A stretch of 64,000 nucleotides of DNA, taken from NCBI GenBank assembly GCA_964460855.1, contig CAYWQH010000006.1, positions 3,232 to 67,231 of the forward strand, read 5' to 3'. The DNA is from an uncultured Candidatus Saccharibacteria bacterium. Its GTDB lineage: Bacteria > Patescibacteriota > Saccharimonadia > Saccharimonadales > UBA10212. This document shows, piece by piece, positions 50,347-58,930 of this stretch. The notes beneath the pieces are model-generated. The model made no database searches. It worked only from the letters and a program-made list of their open reading frames with translations, and was not told the origin of the DNA. The translations under genes were made by a program, and so were the position numbers. Position 1 is the first letter of the stretch. Each line of letters starts with the position of its first letter.

Positions 50347-51332
50347 CAGATTCCTTTTACGCTAAAGTATGCCTGTTTTAAGCTATAACGGAAAGCGATA
50401 AAACCGGGAATAATTGGCAGCCAGAAGGTGCTTAGGCGGAAGCACAGCACTGCCAGCAGGGCGGTAGTACTGTCTACGCCGGCGCCGGCCAGGGCGGCCG
50501 TCATTGCCAGCTCGGTGGGGCCCAGGCCGCCGGGCGTCGGGCTCAGCGAAAATGCCAGGTTGCCGGCCGCGAAAACTATCAATACCATTGTCCGCGTCAA
50601 ATTTATGTCCATGGCATGCAGGCTGCACCACAGGGCCGCGATATAACAAAAACTAATACCCAGGTTCGCAGCGATGCAGCCGGCTAAGCCAAGCGGTTCG
50701 CGGGCCAAGCTAACCAATGTGCGTTTGACGGTATTAAAGAAAATATTAAGCCGCATATCGAGGCCTTTAAAAAATTCGGCCAGCGCTACTGCCAGAATCA
50801 GCACCGCCACTGCCAGGCCCATAACCAAATTAACCTCGCTGTTGGAGATTTGCCAATTTGATGGCGGGCCTTCGATAGCAATAACTATTAATGCCAAACC
50901 CATAAACCCACCGATGCCCAGCAGGTTGTTGGCTGCCGCCGTAGTGCCGGCGGCCGTTTTAGTGGTTTTAGTTTGCCTGGCAATATATAAAGTATTAAGT
51001 CCCAGGGCGCCGATGCCGCCGGGCAGCAGGCGGTTGGCGAATAAGTTGGCGGTTTGCACTATAAAAGTCCGTCCAAAAGGCAGCTGCCGGTTCAGGCTCA
51101 TATAAGCCAGTGCCGCGAAAATGTTTGAAAATAAAACTAGAACGAAAGCGGCTGCCAGCCAAAAGTAATTGACCTGGCCAAACAATTGTTTGTGGCCGGC
51201 CAGTTCGCGGAACTGGGGGGCTAGGGCGGCCACGGCCGCCGCTAAAATCGCTAGTTGTATCAGTAACCGGCGCCGGCCTTTCCCTTTTATCATCTTGGTG
51301 TGAATTGTATAGCTATTAAGCTTATGCTTCAA
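50346..51332 (-). CDS. flippase-like membrane protein (lysylphosphatidylglycerol synthase TM family)
   Basis: N.LLPGGIG, SPTPGGLGPTE, FRLSTFWLP. Confidence 0.85.
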   Translation of the reverse strand: MKHKLNSYTIHTKMIKGKGRRRLLIQLAILAAAVAALAPQFRELAGHKQLFGQVNYFWLAAAFVLVLFSNIFAALAYMSLNRQLPFGRTFIVQTANLFANRLLPGGIGALGLNTLYIARQTKTTKTAAGTTAAANNLLGIGGFMGLALIVIAIEGPPSNWQISNSEVNLVMGLAVAVLILAVALAEFFKGLDMRLNIFFNTVKRTLVSLAREPLGLAGCIAANLGISFCYIAALWCSLHAMDINLTRTMVLIVFAAGNLAFSLSPTPGGLGPTELAMTAALAGAGVDSTTALLAVLCFRLSTFWLPIIPGFIAFRYSLKQAYFSVKGI

Positions 51333-52227
51333 TCGGTTCGGGCTGGGCAGCCGCCAGGGGTTCGGCGCCGCCGGCCCGGCGGGCGGCCCATAATTCGAAG
51401 AGTTTTTTAACCGCTAAGAAGGCCACAACGCCGTACAGGGCGCCGACAATTTCGTCGAAAGCGTAATGTTCGCCCTCGTAAATCGTACCAACGTAAATCA
51501 TAAACGGGTAAACCAATGATAATAAGCCCCACTTTTTGCCGAATAAAGTAAAAGCGAACAGGGCAAAAATGGTGGCATAGGCGGCGTGCAAGCTGGGTAC
51601 GGCAGCCACCGGGTTGGGCGAAATATGATTATAAAAAGACGGGAAGTTCTGGATGCCCAAGTGCGACCAGACATCGCTGGATATCCGGCGGATGGGCGGT
51701 ATAACACCTTGCTGGGTGGCCATCCAGGGCGGCGCCGCCGGAAAAGCCAAAAACGTTAAAAAGCCGGCAAAAGATACGACCAAATATGTGGCCACGTAAC
51801 GCCAATAGGCCGGTTCGCGCTTTTTCCAAATAATTATGGCCAGGGCAAACGGCAAGATAAAGTGCAGCATGTAAAACAGGTAAAAGGCGAAATCATACCA
51901 CTGCACATGGCCGTGCCAAAGCCAGCTTTGCAGCTTGGCGGTCGGCAGGGTGCCGAACAGCCACTTATCGGCGTGCGGCATAAAAGCGTAATCGACCCGG
52001 TGGTTGAGGTGCGGCACGATGCCGCGGAACATTTCATAAGCCAACAGGATGCCCATAAACGGCAGCATCCGCTTCAACATGGCCGTGGCCTGGCCGAAGC
52101 ACATAAAGATAAACGTCAAAAACACCAGCAGCTTGTCTGGCGTTGGAAAACTGGGGCGGGAGATGAAGATGGCGGCACAGGCGATAGTGCCGATAATTCC
52201 CAAAACCTGTAATTTGCTCAAACGCAC
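51322..52227 (-). CDS. PAP2-superfamily lipid phosphotransferase (Aur1/IPC-synthase-like)
   Basis: FPAAPPW, NPVAAVPSLHAA, GEHYAFD; multiple TM helices. Confidence 0.85.
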   Translation of the reverse strand: MRLSKLQVLGIIGTIACAAIFISRPSFPTPDKLLVFLTFIFMCFGQATAMLKRMLPFMGILLAYEMFRGIVPHLNHRVDYAFMPHADKWLFGTLPTAKLQSWLWHGHVQWYDFAFYLFYMLHFILPFALAIIIWKKREPAYWRYVATYLVVSFAGFLTFLAFPAAPPWMATQQGVIPPIRRISSDVWSHLGIQNFPSFYNHISPNPVAAVPSLHAAYATIFALFAFTLFGKKWGLLSLVYPFMIYVGTIYEGEHYAFDEIVGALYGVVAFLAVKKLFELWAARRAGGAEPLAAAQPEPIEA

Positions 52228-52250
52228 CCCTATATTCTACCAAAAGCAAG

Positions 52251-52359
52251 ATAGCGCTCGAACATTTACCTGTGGGAGGGCGCTTCACGCCGGGTTTGTG
52301 TTAACAAACTCGGGCTGCGCTATGCGAAACCCTCCCACAGGCAAACGTCCTCGCACTAT
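52251..52359 (-). other. ~110-nt imperfect inverted-repeat element (structured RNA or MITE/REP-like)
   Basis: 30-nt arms 52251-52280 and 52330-52359 pair at 24/30 Watson-Crick positions plus 4 G-U on the - strand; inner stem ccgggtttgt/acaaactcgg. Confidence 0.65.
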
Positions 52360-52457
52360 GTAACTTTCGAAATGGTGGAGGAAAATTATCAAACACAGCA
52401 GAATTACCCTTAAAACTGCACCGACCCCTGTCGGGCTGGTATAATGTATGGGCTTAT

Positions 52458-53657
52458 ATGAAAGTCGCGATTGTTTGTGAGCCGTATATTCCGGTTCCCC
52501 CGGTAAAGTACGGCGGCACTGAGTTAATCATTTATTATTTGATAAAAGGTCTGCAAGAACAGGGGCACGAACCGGTTCTTTTAGCCGCCGGCGATTCAAA
52601 CGTCGACTGCGAACTCATACCTATTATCGATAAGGCCATTTATTTTCCGACTAAAAAGAAAGACCTGCCGTCTTTTAAAAAGAAAGTCGAAAAAGTCCAC
52701 GAAAAAACCGCCAAAGAACTGCGCAAATTGCAGGGGCGGGTAGATATTATCCATTCCCACCATTTTGACCTCAAAAACTTCCAGTATTTTCCGAACCTGA
52801 CAACCCTGCACGGGCCGATTGACTTAATCGATTTGCAATATTACCTGGAGCGCAAAAACCTGTTTTTCGTGTCGATTTCGCAGGCCCAGCAGGCCGGCTG
52901 CCCCGAACTGCAATATATGGGCACGGTGTACAACGGTTTGGATACCAGCAAATTCCCGGTGGTCACCGAGCCTGAAGATTATGTTTGTTTCCTGGGCCGT
53001 TTTGACCGCGAAAAGAACCCGCACTTGGCCATTTTGCTGGCCATTAACCTCGGCATCAAAATTAAAGTCGCCGGTAAAATAGACCACCAGGGCGATGGAT
53101 ACTTCGAACACGAAGTAGCTAAATATTTTGACCATCCGCTGGTGGAATATTTAGGCGAACTGGCTTTTGACGAAAAAATCGAATTGGTCAGCAAAGCCAA
53201 ATGCAACCTGCACCCCACCGGATTCCGTGAGCCTTTTGGCTTAACAGTGTTAGAAGCGGCTTATTGCGGCACGCCGACGCTGGCGATCGCCAAAGGTTCG
53301 ATGCCGGAACTGATTGAAGAGGGCCGCACCGGCGTGCTGGTAGAAGATTTCGTCGAAGGCTACCACTATATGAAGTCTTGTTTTGACATGGACCGGACTT
53401 ATATATCTGACCGGGCCCGGGCTTTGTTTAACTATAAGACCATGACCAAGCAATATATCAAAGCCTACCAAGAAGTTATGAATACCTTTACCATCCGCAA
53501 TGAGCAAGACCAGCTAATCGAAAAGCTTACCAAGCACACCAAAGAAGAAATCGCCGAAATCTGGCAGGCCCATAAAAACCAACTGAAGCATAAAATCAAC
53601 CAACCGCCTAAGTCCAAGCCGGCTTCGGGAAACAAGCAGCGCGACCCGCTCATGTAA
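52458..53657 (+). CDS. GT4 glycosyltransferase
   Basis: PVPPVKYGGTE, TTLHG, GRFDREKNPH, EPFGLTVLEAAYCGTP. Confidence 0.92.
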   Translation: MKVAIVCEPYIPVPPVKYGGTELIIYYLIKGLQEQGHEPVLLAAGDSNVDCELIPIIDKAIYFPTKKKDLPSFKKKVEKVHEKTAKELRKLQGRVDIIHSHHFDLKNFQYFPNLTTLHGPIDLIDLQYYLERKNLFFVSISQAQQAGCPELQYMGTVYNGLDTSKFPVVTEPEDYVCFLGRFDREKNPHLAILLAINLGIKIKVAGKIDHQGDGYFEHEVAKYFDHPLVEYLGELAFDEKIELVSKAKCNLHPTGFREPFGLTVLEAAYCGTPTLAIAKGSMPELIEEGRTGVLVEDFVEGYHYMKSCFDMDRTYISDRARALFNYKTMTKQYIKAYQEVMNTFTIRNEQDQLIEKLTKHTKEEIAEIWQAHKNQLKHKINQPPKSKPASGNKQRDPLM

Positions 53658-53726
53658 TTTATTTGATATACCGGCAGCATAGCGGCTTGGTATTCTGGCT
53701 AAGCCTTTAATTAAGGAGGGTAAATT

Positions 53727-53852
53727 ATGGCAAACGAAGACTGGGTTGATAAAGCTAAAGACGAGTGGGGCGACATGAAGGATGGCGGCGAAGACGACGG
53801 CATGCAGTCCGACGACATGTTTGACGACCCCGAAATGGACGAAGCGGTTTAG
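53727..53852 (+). CDS. 41-aa highly acidic microprotein (absent from the ORF track)
   Basis: TAAGGAGG Shine-Dalgarno; MANEDWVDKAKDEWGDMKDGGEDDGMQSDDMFDDPEMDEAV; terminator directly downstream. Confidence 0.7.
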   Translation: MANEDWVDKAKDEWGDMKDGGEDDGMQSDDMFDDPEMDEAV

Positions 53853-53873
53853 AGTAAAAAACTAGCTTACACC

Positions 53874-53899
53874 AAAAGCCGCCCTCCGGGGCGGCTTTT
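53874..53899 (+). terminator. bidirectional intrinsic terminator
   Basis: aaaagccgccc-tccg-gggcggctttt perfect stem flanked by A and T tracts. Confidence 0.85.
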
Positions 53900-53955
53900 A
53901 ACTGTTTAGAGTAACCGCCGATAAGGGTTAGCATCATGCTACAATTGGGTCAGTT

Positions 53956-54978
53956 ATGCATCGTATGCTGCGTCTCGCCCACCACCGGCACACCGGCCGG
54001 CGGTTACCGCACCATCACACTTCGTACCACGCGATATTAGTGATACTGGCCGTTTTCGGGCTGTGTTTAATAAGTATCAGGCACGCCGCCGCCGGCAATT
54101 ATGTGGTAACCGCTAAAGTGTCCGCGCCATTGCCGGGCGTGCCATCGGTTATAACTGACCCGGCCAGCGGCTTGGTCACGACCGACCCGAACATTACGAT
54201 AAGCGGCAGCTGCCCGGTTATTACCCCGGCGATAATCGTTTTGCTGTACCGAAACGGCGTTTTGGTGGGCTCGATGGTCTGCCCGCCCAGCGGCCAGTTC
54301 AGTTTTCAGACCACCTTGCTGTACGGCAATAATGTTTTCGTGCCTAAAATTATTAATATAACTGATGACTACGGCCAGGACGGCCAGCCGATTACTATCG
54401 TTTACCGTTTTACGGAATCCAAGCCGCCCACTAATAAACTGCCGAACATTCCGCTCAAAGCCGACCATCAAATGTACCTTAACAGCGCCGACCAGATCGT
54501 TTTCTTCAAACCGGGCGAGGGTGTAACCCTGGCACTTGGTTACGGCGGCGGCATCGAACCCTACACTTTAATTATTAACTGGGGCGACGGCACCGAGCAA
54601 TCCTTCCCCATAGACAAAGCCGGCCACCGTGAAGTCAGCCATACTTTCGGCAGCCAAAAAAGCTTCGAAATAAATATGCGCCTCACCGACGCCCAGCAGC
54701 ACCTGGCCCGGTTAAGCCTGGCGGCCGTATCGTTAGTTGCCAACCAGGATATCGTTACGGCCAGCCCCCGCCAGCCATCCGTTACTTACAGGTTTGAACA
54801 ATATTTTAGCGACGGCCGGGTCTACGCCACGCTTTTAACCATAGCCTTTAGCTTGTTGGCGGTTGACGTATGGCTATACCGCCACTGGGGCAAGTACGCC
54901 AAAGTCCGTCCCGGCGCGGCGCCGTTCGCATCCGGCAAGAAAAACAAGAAAATCTCTAAATCCAAAGGTAAAAGATGA
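53956..54978 (+). CDS. surface protein with Ig-like and PKD-like domains and TM helices at both ends
   Basis: His-rich N-terminus + TM; ITISGSCP...C...G.FS; GG..PY...INWGDG...VSHTF; C-terminal TM plus basic tail. Confidence 0.7.
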   Translation: MHRMLRLAHHRHTGRRLPHHHTSYHAILVILAVFGLCLISIRHAAAGNYVVTAKVSAPLPGVPSVITDPASGLVTTDPNITISGSCPVITPAIIVLLYRNGVLVGSMVCPPSGQFSFQTTLLYGNNVFVPKIINITDDYGQDGQPITIVYRFTESKPPTNKLPNIPLKADHQMYLNSADQIVFFKPGEGVTLALGYGGGIEPYTLIINWGDGTEQSFPIDKAGHREVSHTFGSQKSFEINMRLTDAQQHLARLSLAAVSLVANQDIVTASPRQPSVTYRFEQYFSDGRVYATLLTIAFSLLAVDVWLYRHWGKYAKVRPGAAPFASGKKNKKISKSKGKR

Positions 54979-55556
54979 AATTTTGGAAATGGCGGAGGTT
55001 AACCCTATTCCTGGTGATTTTCATAACGTCGGTAATAATTATCGGTTTTGCCGTGTGGGCCAACCAGTCGCGCAGCGTAGTACCGGTCAGTAACACTGCC
55101 GTGGAAGGCGCCACGGCCGTTAATTCCAAGCCTTTTATCACCGACTATTTTACAGTTACGCTGCCGGAAACGATGGTAGTTAAAAACGTCGAGAAGCCCA
55201 AGGACAGCCCGATACTAGAAAATATGCTTATTTCGGCACGGCCCAGCGCCGACTTGGTGCCGTATTCCGATAAAATCGCCATCACGATCGGCAACGCGCC
55301 ATCCGGCGGGCCGGCCGCCATCAGCGACGTCCATTTGCGCAAACTGCGCCCCGAAATTTATACGCCGCTGGCCATTAGCTACGCCCCGCCCGGGTACCTG
55401 GCCTATTCCAGCCACCAGGACAGCCTGATAGAAACGGACATTTTCTGGACGCATGGCGGCAAATACACCGCCGTGGCTTTCAGCTCGGCCGAAAACCGCT
55501 CGCCGGAACAGAACGACCTGCTGCGCCAGCTTTTTAGCTCCTGGCAGTGGAAATAA
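54975..55556 (+). CDS. hypothetical membrane-anchored protein
   Basis: N-terminal TM, ends in SSWQWK; ATGA-coupled to the upstream gene. Confidence 0.6.
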   Translation: MKFWKWRRLTLFLVIFITSVIIIGFAVWANQSRSVVPVSNTAVEGATAVNSKPFITDYFTVTLPETMVVKNVEKPKDSPILENMLISARPSADLVPYSDKIAITIGNAPSGGPAAISDVHLRKLRPEIYTPLAISYAPPGYLAYSSHQDSLIETDIFWTHGGKYTAVAFSSAENRSPEQNDLLRQLFSSWQWK

Positions 55557-55582
55557 GTTGTTAATGGTAAAATTAATCAGAT

Positions 55583-56653
55583 ATGGTTGTGAAAGCCCTG
55601 GGTTCGTTATTGGCGCTGCCTTTGCTGTTTTTTGCCACAACGCCGTCCAGTACCAACTTCACGCTTCGAAATTATGACTTTGGCAATGGCGGCGGCAGTT
55701 TAAGCAGCCCCAGCTATAAATTGAACGGCAGTACCGGAACGCTGGGCGGCAAGCTGGGGCCGTCTACTAATTACGCCGTTAACGGCGGCTTAGGGCCGGC
55801 CGAAAACGCCGACGTGCCGCCGGCCCCGACGCTGACAAATCCTAGCAACCTCGAATATAACCGCCTGAAACTAGTGGTCGTCAAAGGCGCGGCCGACACG
55901 ACGGATACCAAGTACGCCATAGCCATCAGCTCTGATAACTTTGTAACTACTAAATATGTCCAAACAGATAACAGCATCGGCTCCAGCTATAGCATTTCGA
56001 ATTACCAGCTGTATGCCGGCTGGGGCGGGGCGTCCGGCTTTTTTATAACCGGCTTAACGCCTGGAACCACATATAAAGCCAAAGTCGCGGCCTACCAAGG
56101 CAATTTTACTAACAGCGCTTTTGGTCCGGCCACCAGCGGCGTTGCCACCGTGCAGCCAAGTTTAACTTTTGGCGTAGCAACCAGCCCCGTCAGCAACCCG
56201 TTAAAAATTAACTTTACCGGCGTCATAGCCAATACCGTGACCAACGCCGGCGCCGATGTTGTGCTGAGCCTGACGTCCAACGCCCACTCCGGCGGATGGC
56301 TATATATTAAAGACACCAACGCCGGCTTAAAAAGTACCTTCGCCAATAACTTCTTAATTTCTTCGGCCACGGCCGACTTAAACAGTGCCGGTACCGGCTA
56401 CGGCGGGATCGTAACCAGCACCAGCGCCAATAGCGGCTCGTTGGCCTCGCTGTCGCCATTCGACGGCGCCGGCAACCCGGCCAGCAACACGGTAGGCGGG
56501 TTATCCACAGCTTTGCAACAGCTTATTAGTACCGCCGGACCGGTCGATACCGGTAGTGCCACCGTCCGTTTTAAGGTGAAAACAACTACAACTACGCCCA
56601 GTGAGCCCGACTACGCCGATTTACTGACCTTTTTGGCAGCTATGACATTCTAG
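55583..56653 (+). CDS. secreted FN3-like + WxL/pilin-like domain protein (putative minor subunit)
   Basis: SSTNF.L...FGNGGG..SS.SYKL; GLTPGTTY; PSLTFGV...TSNAHSG...GL.S...DYADLLTF, matching the C-domain of the next two genes. Confidence 0.65.
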   Translation: MVVKALGSLLALPLLFFATTPSSTNFTLRNYDFGNGGGSLSSPSYKLNGSTGTLGGKLGPSTNYAVNGGLGPAENADVPPAPTLTNPSNLEYNRLKLVVVKGAADTTDTKYAIAISSDNFVTTKYVQTDNSIGSSYSISNYQLYAGWGGASGFFITGLTPGTTYKAKVAAYQGNFTNSAFGPATSGVATVQPSLTFGVATSPVSNPLKINFTGVIANTVTNAGADVVLSLTSNAHSGGWLYIKDTNAGLKSTFANNFLISSATADLNSAGTGYGGIVTSTSANSGSLASLSPFDGAGNPASNTVGGLSTALQQLISTAGPVDTGSATVRFKVKTTTTTPSEPDYADLLTFLAAMTF

Positions 56654-56682
56654 TTGCACTTTTAAAATGCTTAAGGCATACT
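56654..56682 (+). promoter_or_regulatory. sigma70 promoter for the paralog pair
   Basis: TTGCAC-17 nt-CATACT; AGGAGG at 56721; inverted repeat aaaatgctta (56664) / taagcatttt (56699) overlaps it. Confidence 0.6.
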
Positions 56683-56728
56683 TTACCCCGTAACAACATA
56701 AGCATTTTTAATATCAAATTAGGAGGAA

Positions 56729-57772
56729 ATGCTTTCTATGAAACAAAAATTTAACAGGGTCCGCTCGCTCGGCCTTGCAGCCATATTGTCGCTATCGGTA
56801 GCGGCGCCTGCATTACTTGTGGCCGGCCAAGCCCAGGCTGCCGGACTGGACAGGGTCTTAGTCCGCTTCGACGAGATGTCGCAAAGCACGCCTACGACCG
56901 GTACGGTCTGCGCCCGGCCCACATCAACAACCACCGAAGACCACGTGCGCGTGGACTTCCCGGCCGGTTTTACGGTTAGTACAACTGCCGGAAACTGGAC
57001 GACCAACACAACCAACACTGCCTGGCCGTCAGGTGCCAATGCCTGGACTGGTATCGGTTCGCCGTCAATTGCCAGCCAAGCCGTTACTTTTACCAGCGCT
57101 GACTTAACACCTGGTACTCTTTACTGCTTCAACTGGGACAACAGCGCGGCTTTGAGCCAGCCTGGCAGCCCCGGTACTAACGAAGGCGGCTTTGTGACTA
57201 CCCGTAACACGGGAGTCGATATAGATACCGGTGCCTTTAGTACGGCTACCATCGTCAACGATACTATTACCGTTACTGCTACCGTTGCCCAAACTTTCAG
57301 CTTCGCCCTGAGTGGCACTACTGACCCGCTAGGCACATTGCCGACCGGATCGGTTACCACCAGCGGCACACCCCGTACCGTTACTGTAAATACCAACGCC
57401 GCCAACGGCTGGTTAGTATGGGGTAAAGACAGCCAAACCGGCTTGCACTCGACTTTAAACGGCCACACCATTGCGTCTGTTACGCCTGGCGTTGCCAGCA
57501 CTTTGTCGGCTGGAACAGAAGGCTATAATACCGGCATTGCCAATTCGCAAACCGGCGGCACCGGCACCATTACCGTAACCGCGGCTTACGCCGATGGCGG
57601 CCTTGGAACCGGAGCAGGCCTAAGCACCACCCTGCGCACTTTGGCTACTTCCAACGGAACCGCCAATGGCGCCGTACTGACTTTCAAGAACAACGTCGCA
57701 ATTTCGACCACTACCCAAGCCGCTACCGACTATCAGGACATAATTACCCTGACCGGCGCCGGACTGTTCTAG
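56729..57772 (+). CDS. secreted two-domain beta-sandwich protein, WxL/fimbrial-subunit-like (paralog 1)
   Basis: signal peptide ending AQA; Thr/Gly-rich; ITVTATVAQTFSFAL...VNTNAANGW...EGY...DYQDIITLTGAGLF. Confidence 0.7.
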   Translation: MLSMKQKFNRVRSLGLAAILSLSVAAPALLVAGQAQAAGLDRVLVRFDEMSQSTPTTGTVCARPTSTTTEDHVRVDFPAGFTVSTTAGNWTTNTTNTAWPSGANAWTGIGSPSIASQAVTFTSADLTPGTLYCFNWDNSAALSQPGSPGTNEGGFVTTRNTGVDIDTGAFSTATIVNDTITVTATVAQTFSFALSGTTDPLGTLPTGSVTTSGTPRTVTVNTNAANGWLVWGKDSQTGLHSTLNGHTIASVTPGVASTLSAGTEGYNTGIANSQTGGTGTITVTAAYADGGLGTGAGLSTTLRTLATSNGTANGAVLTFKNNVAISTTTQAATDYQDIITLTGAGLF

Positions 57773-57834
57773 TCCCTGAGATAGATTTAAAATCGTAACA
57801 AAATTAATAGGAGTTTAGGGAGGTTCTCGCAACT

Positions 57835-58860
57835 ATGAATCCTTTACAAAGAACTAATAATATTGGTCTGGCAGCTTTACTAGTGCTAGCCATGTGTCTG
57901 GTTGCAATAGCTGCAGCCAGGCAGGTCAACGCCGCCGGCTTAGACCGCGTCCTGGTGCGCTTTGACGAAATGTCTCAAAGCACCGCCACCACAGGAACGG
58001 TTTGCGCCCGGCCCACTTCAACCGCCACCGAAGACCAAGTTAAAGTTACATTTCCGTCTGGCTACGTCTTAGGCGCCAACGGTACGTGGACAACTAATAC
58101 AACTAACACTGCGTGGCCGGCCAGCGCTAACGCCTGGACCGTAAGCTCACCATCGGTAAGCGGCCAGGATGTCACTTTTACCAGCGCTGACTTAACCGCC
58201 AACCAGCTTTACTGCTTTAACTGGACTAACAGCGCCGCTTTAACCCAACCGGGTAGCCCGGCAGTGAACGAGAGCGGATCGGTAACAACCTATGCGTCAG
58301 CGTCACCGGTAGATACCGGCAGTTTTGCTACAGCTACAATCGCTAACGACACCATAACGGTAACCGCCAGCGTATCGCAGACTTTCAGCTTTGCTTTAAG
58401 CGGCACTTCTGACGCTCTTGGAACTTTAGCTACCGGATCGGTTAACAGCAGCCCAACACCTAGGACAATTACTGTTGGCACCAACGCCGCCAATGGCTGG
58501 TTAGTTTGGGGCAAAGACAGTCAAACTGGCTTACACTCAACTTTTGCCAGCCATACTATCGCTTCGACAACCCCGGGATCTAATAGCACGATTACATCCG
58601 GTGCTGAAGGCTATAACACCGGCGTAACTAAGAACTCCCCAGGCGGAACCGGCACTTTAACCATTGCCGCGCCGTTTGTCGGCGGTTCTTCCGGCAAGGG
58701 CGGCGGTTTGGACACCACCCTGCGCACCGTAGTTACATCAGACGGCCCGAACTCCAACGCCGTGCTGACATTCACCAACAATGCAACAATTGCAACTACA
58801 ACCCAGGCCGCGACAGACTACACCGACGTCATCACCTTGACCGGTGCCGGCTTGTTCTAA
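57835..58860 (+). CDS. secreted two-domain beta-sandwich protein, WxL/fimbrial-subunit-like (paralog 2)
   Basis: near-duplicate of paralog 1 (AGLDRVLVRFDEMSQST, NAANGWLVWGKDSQTGLHST, ITLTGAGLF) with a different signal peptide. Confidence 0.7.
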   Translation: MNPLQRTNNIGLAALLVLAMCLVAIAAARQVNAAGLDRVLVRFDEMSQSTATTGTVCARPTSTATEDQVKVTFPSGYVLGANGTWTTNTTNTAWPASANAWTVSSPSVSGQDVTFTSADLTANQLYCFNWTNSAALTQPGSPAVNESGSVTTYASASPVDTGSFATATIANDTITVTASVSQTFSFALSGTSDALGTLATGSVNSSPTPRTITVGTNAANGWLVWGKDSQTGLHSTFASHTIASTTPGSNSTITSGAEGYNTGVTKNSPGGTGTLTIAAPFVGGSSGKGGGLDTTLRTVVTSDGPNSNAVLTFTNNATIATTTQAATDYTDVITLTGAGLF

Positions 58861-58885
58861 AAAATCAAACTCCTAATTTGATCCT

Positions 58886-58914
58886 AAACTGCCCCTTTCC
58901 CGGGGCAGTTTTTT
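58886..58914 (+). terminator. intrinsic terminator after the paralog pair
   Basis: aaactgcccc-tttccc-ggggcagttt plus T-run. Confidence 0.8.
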
Positions 58915-58930
58915 GGTATACTTATGCTTA

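Noticed and set aside
52360-52457. tRNA or tmRNA gene ending in CCTCCACCA
   Set aside because: No T-arm (GTTCRA) or cloverleaf adjoining the 9-mer
56501-56509. Perfect DnaA box TTATCCACA
   Set aside because: Isolated, inside a CDS and about 35 kb from dnaA; compatible with chance
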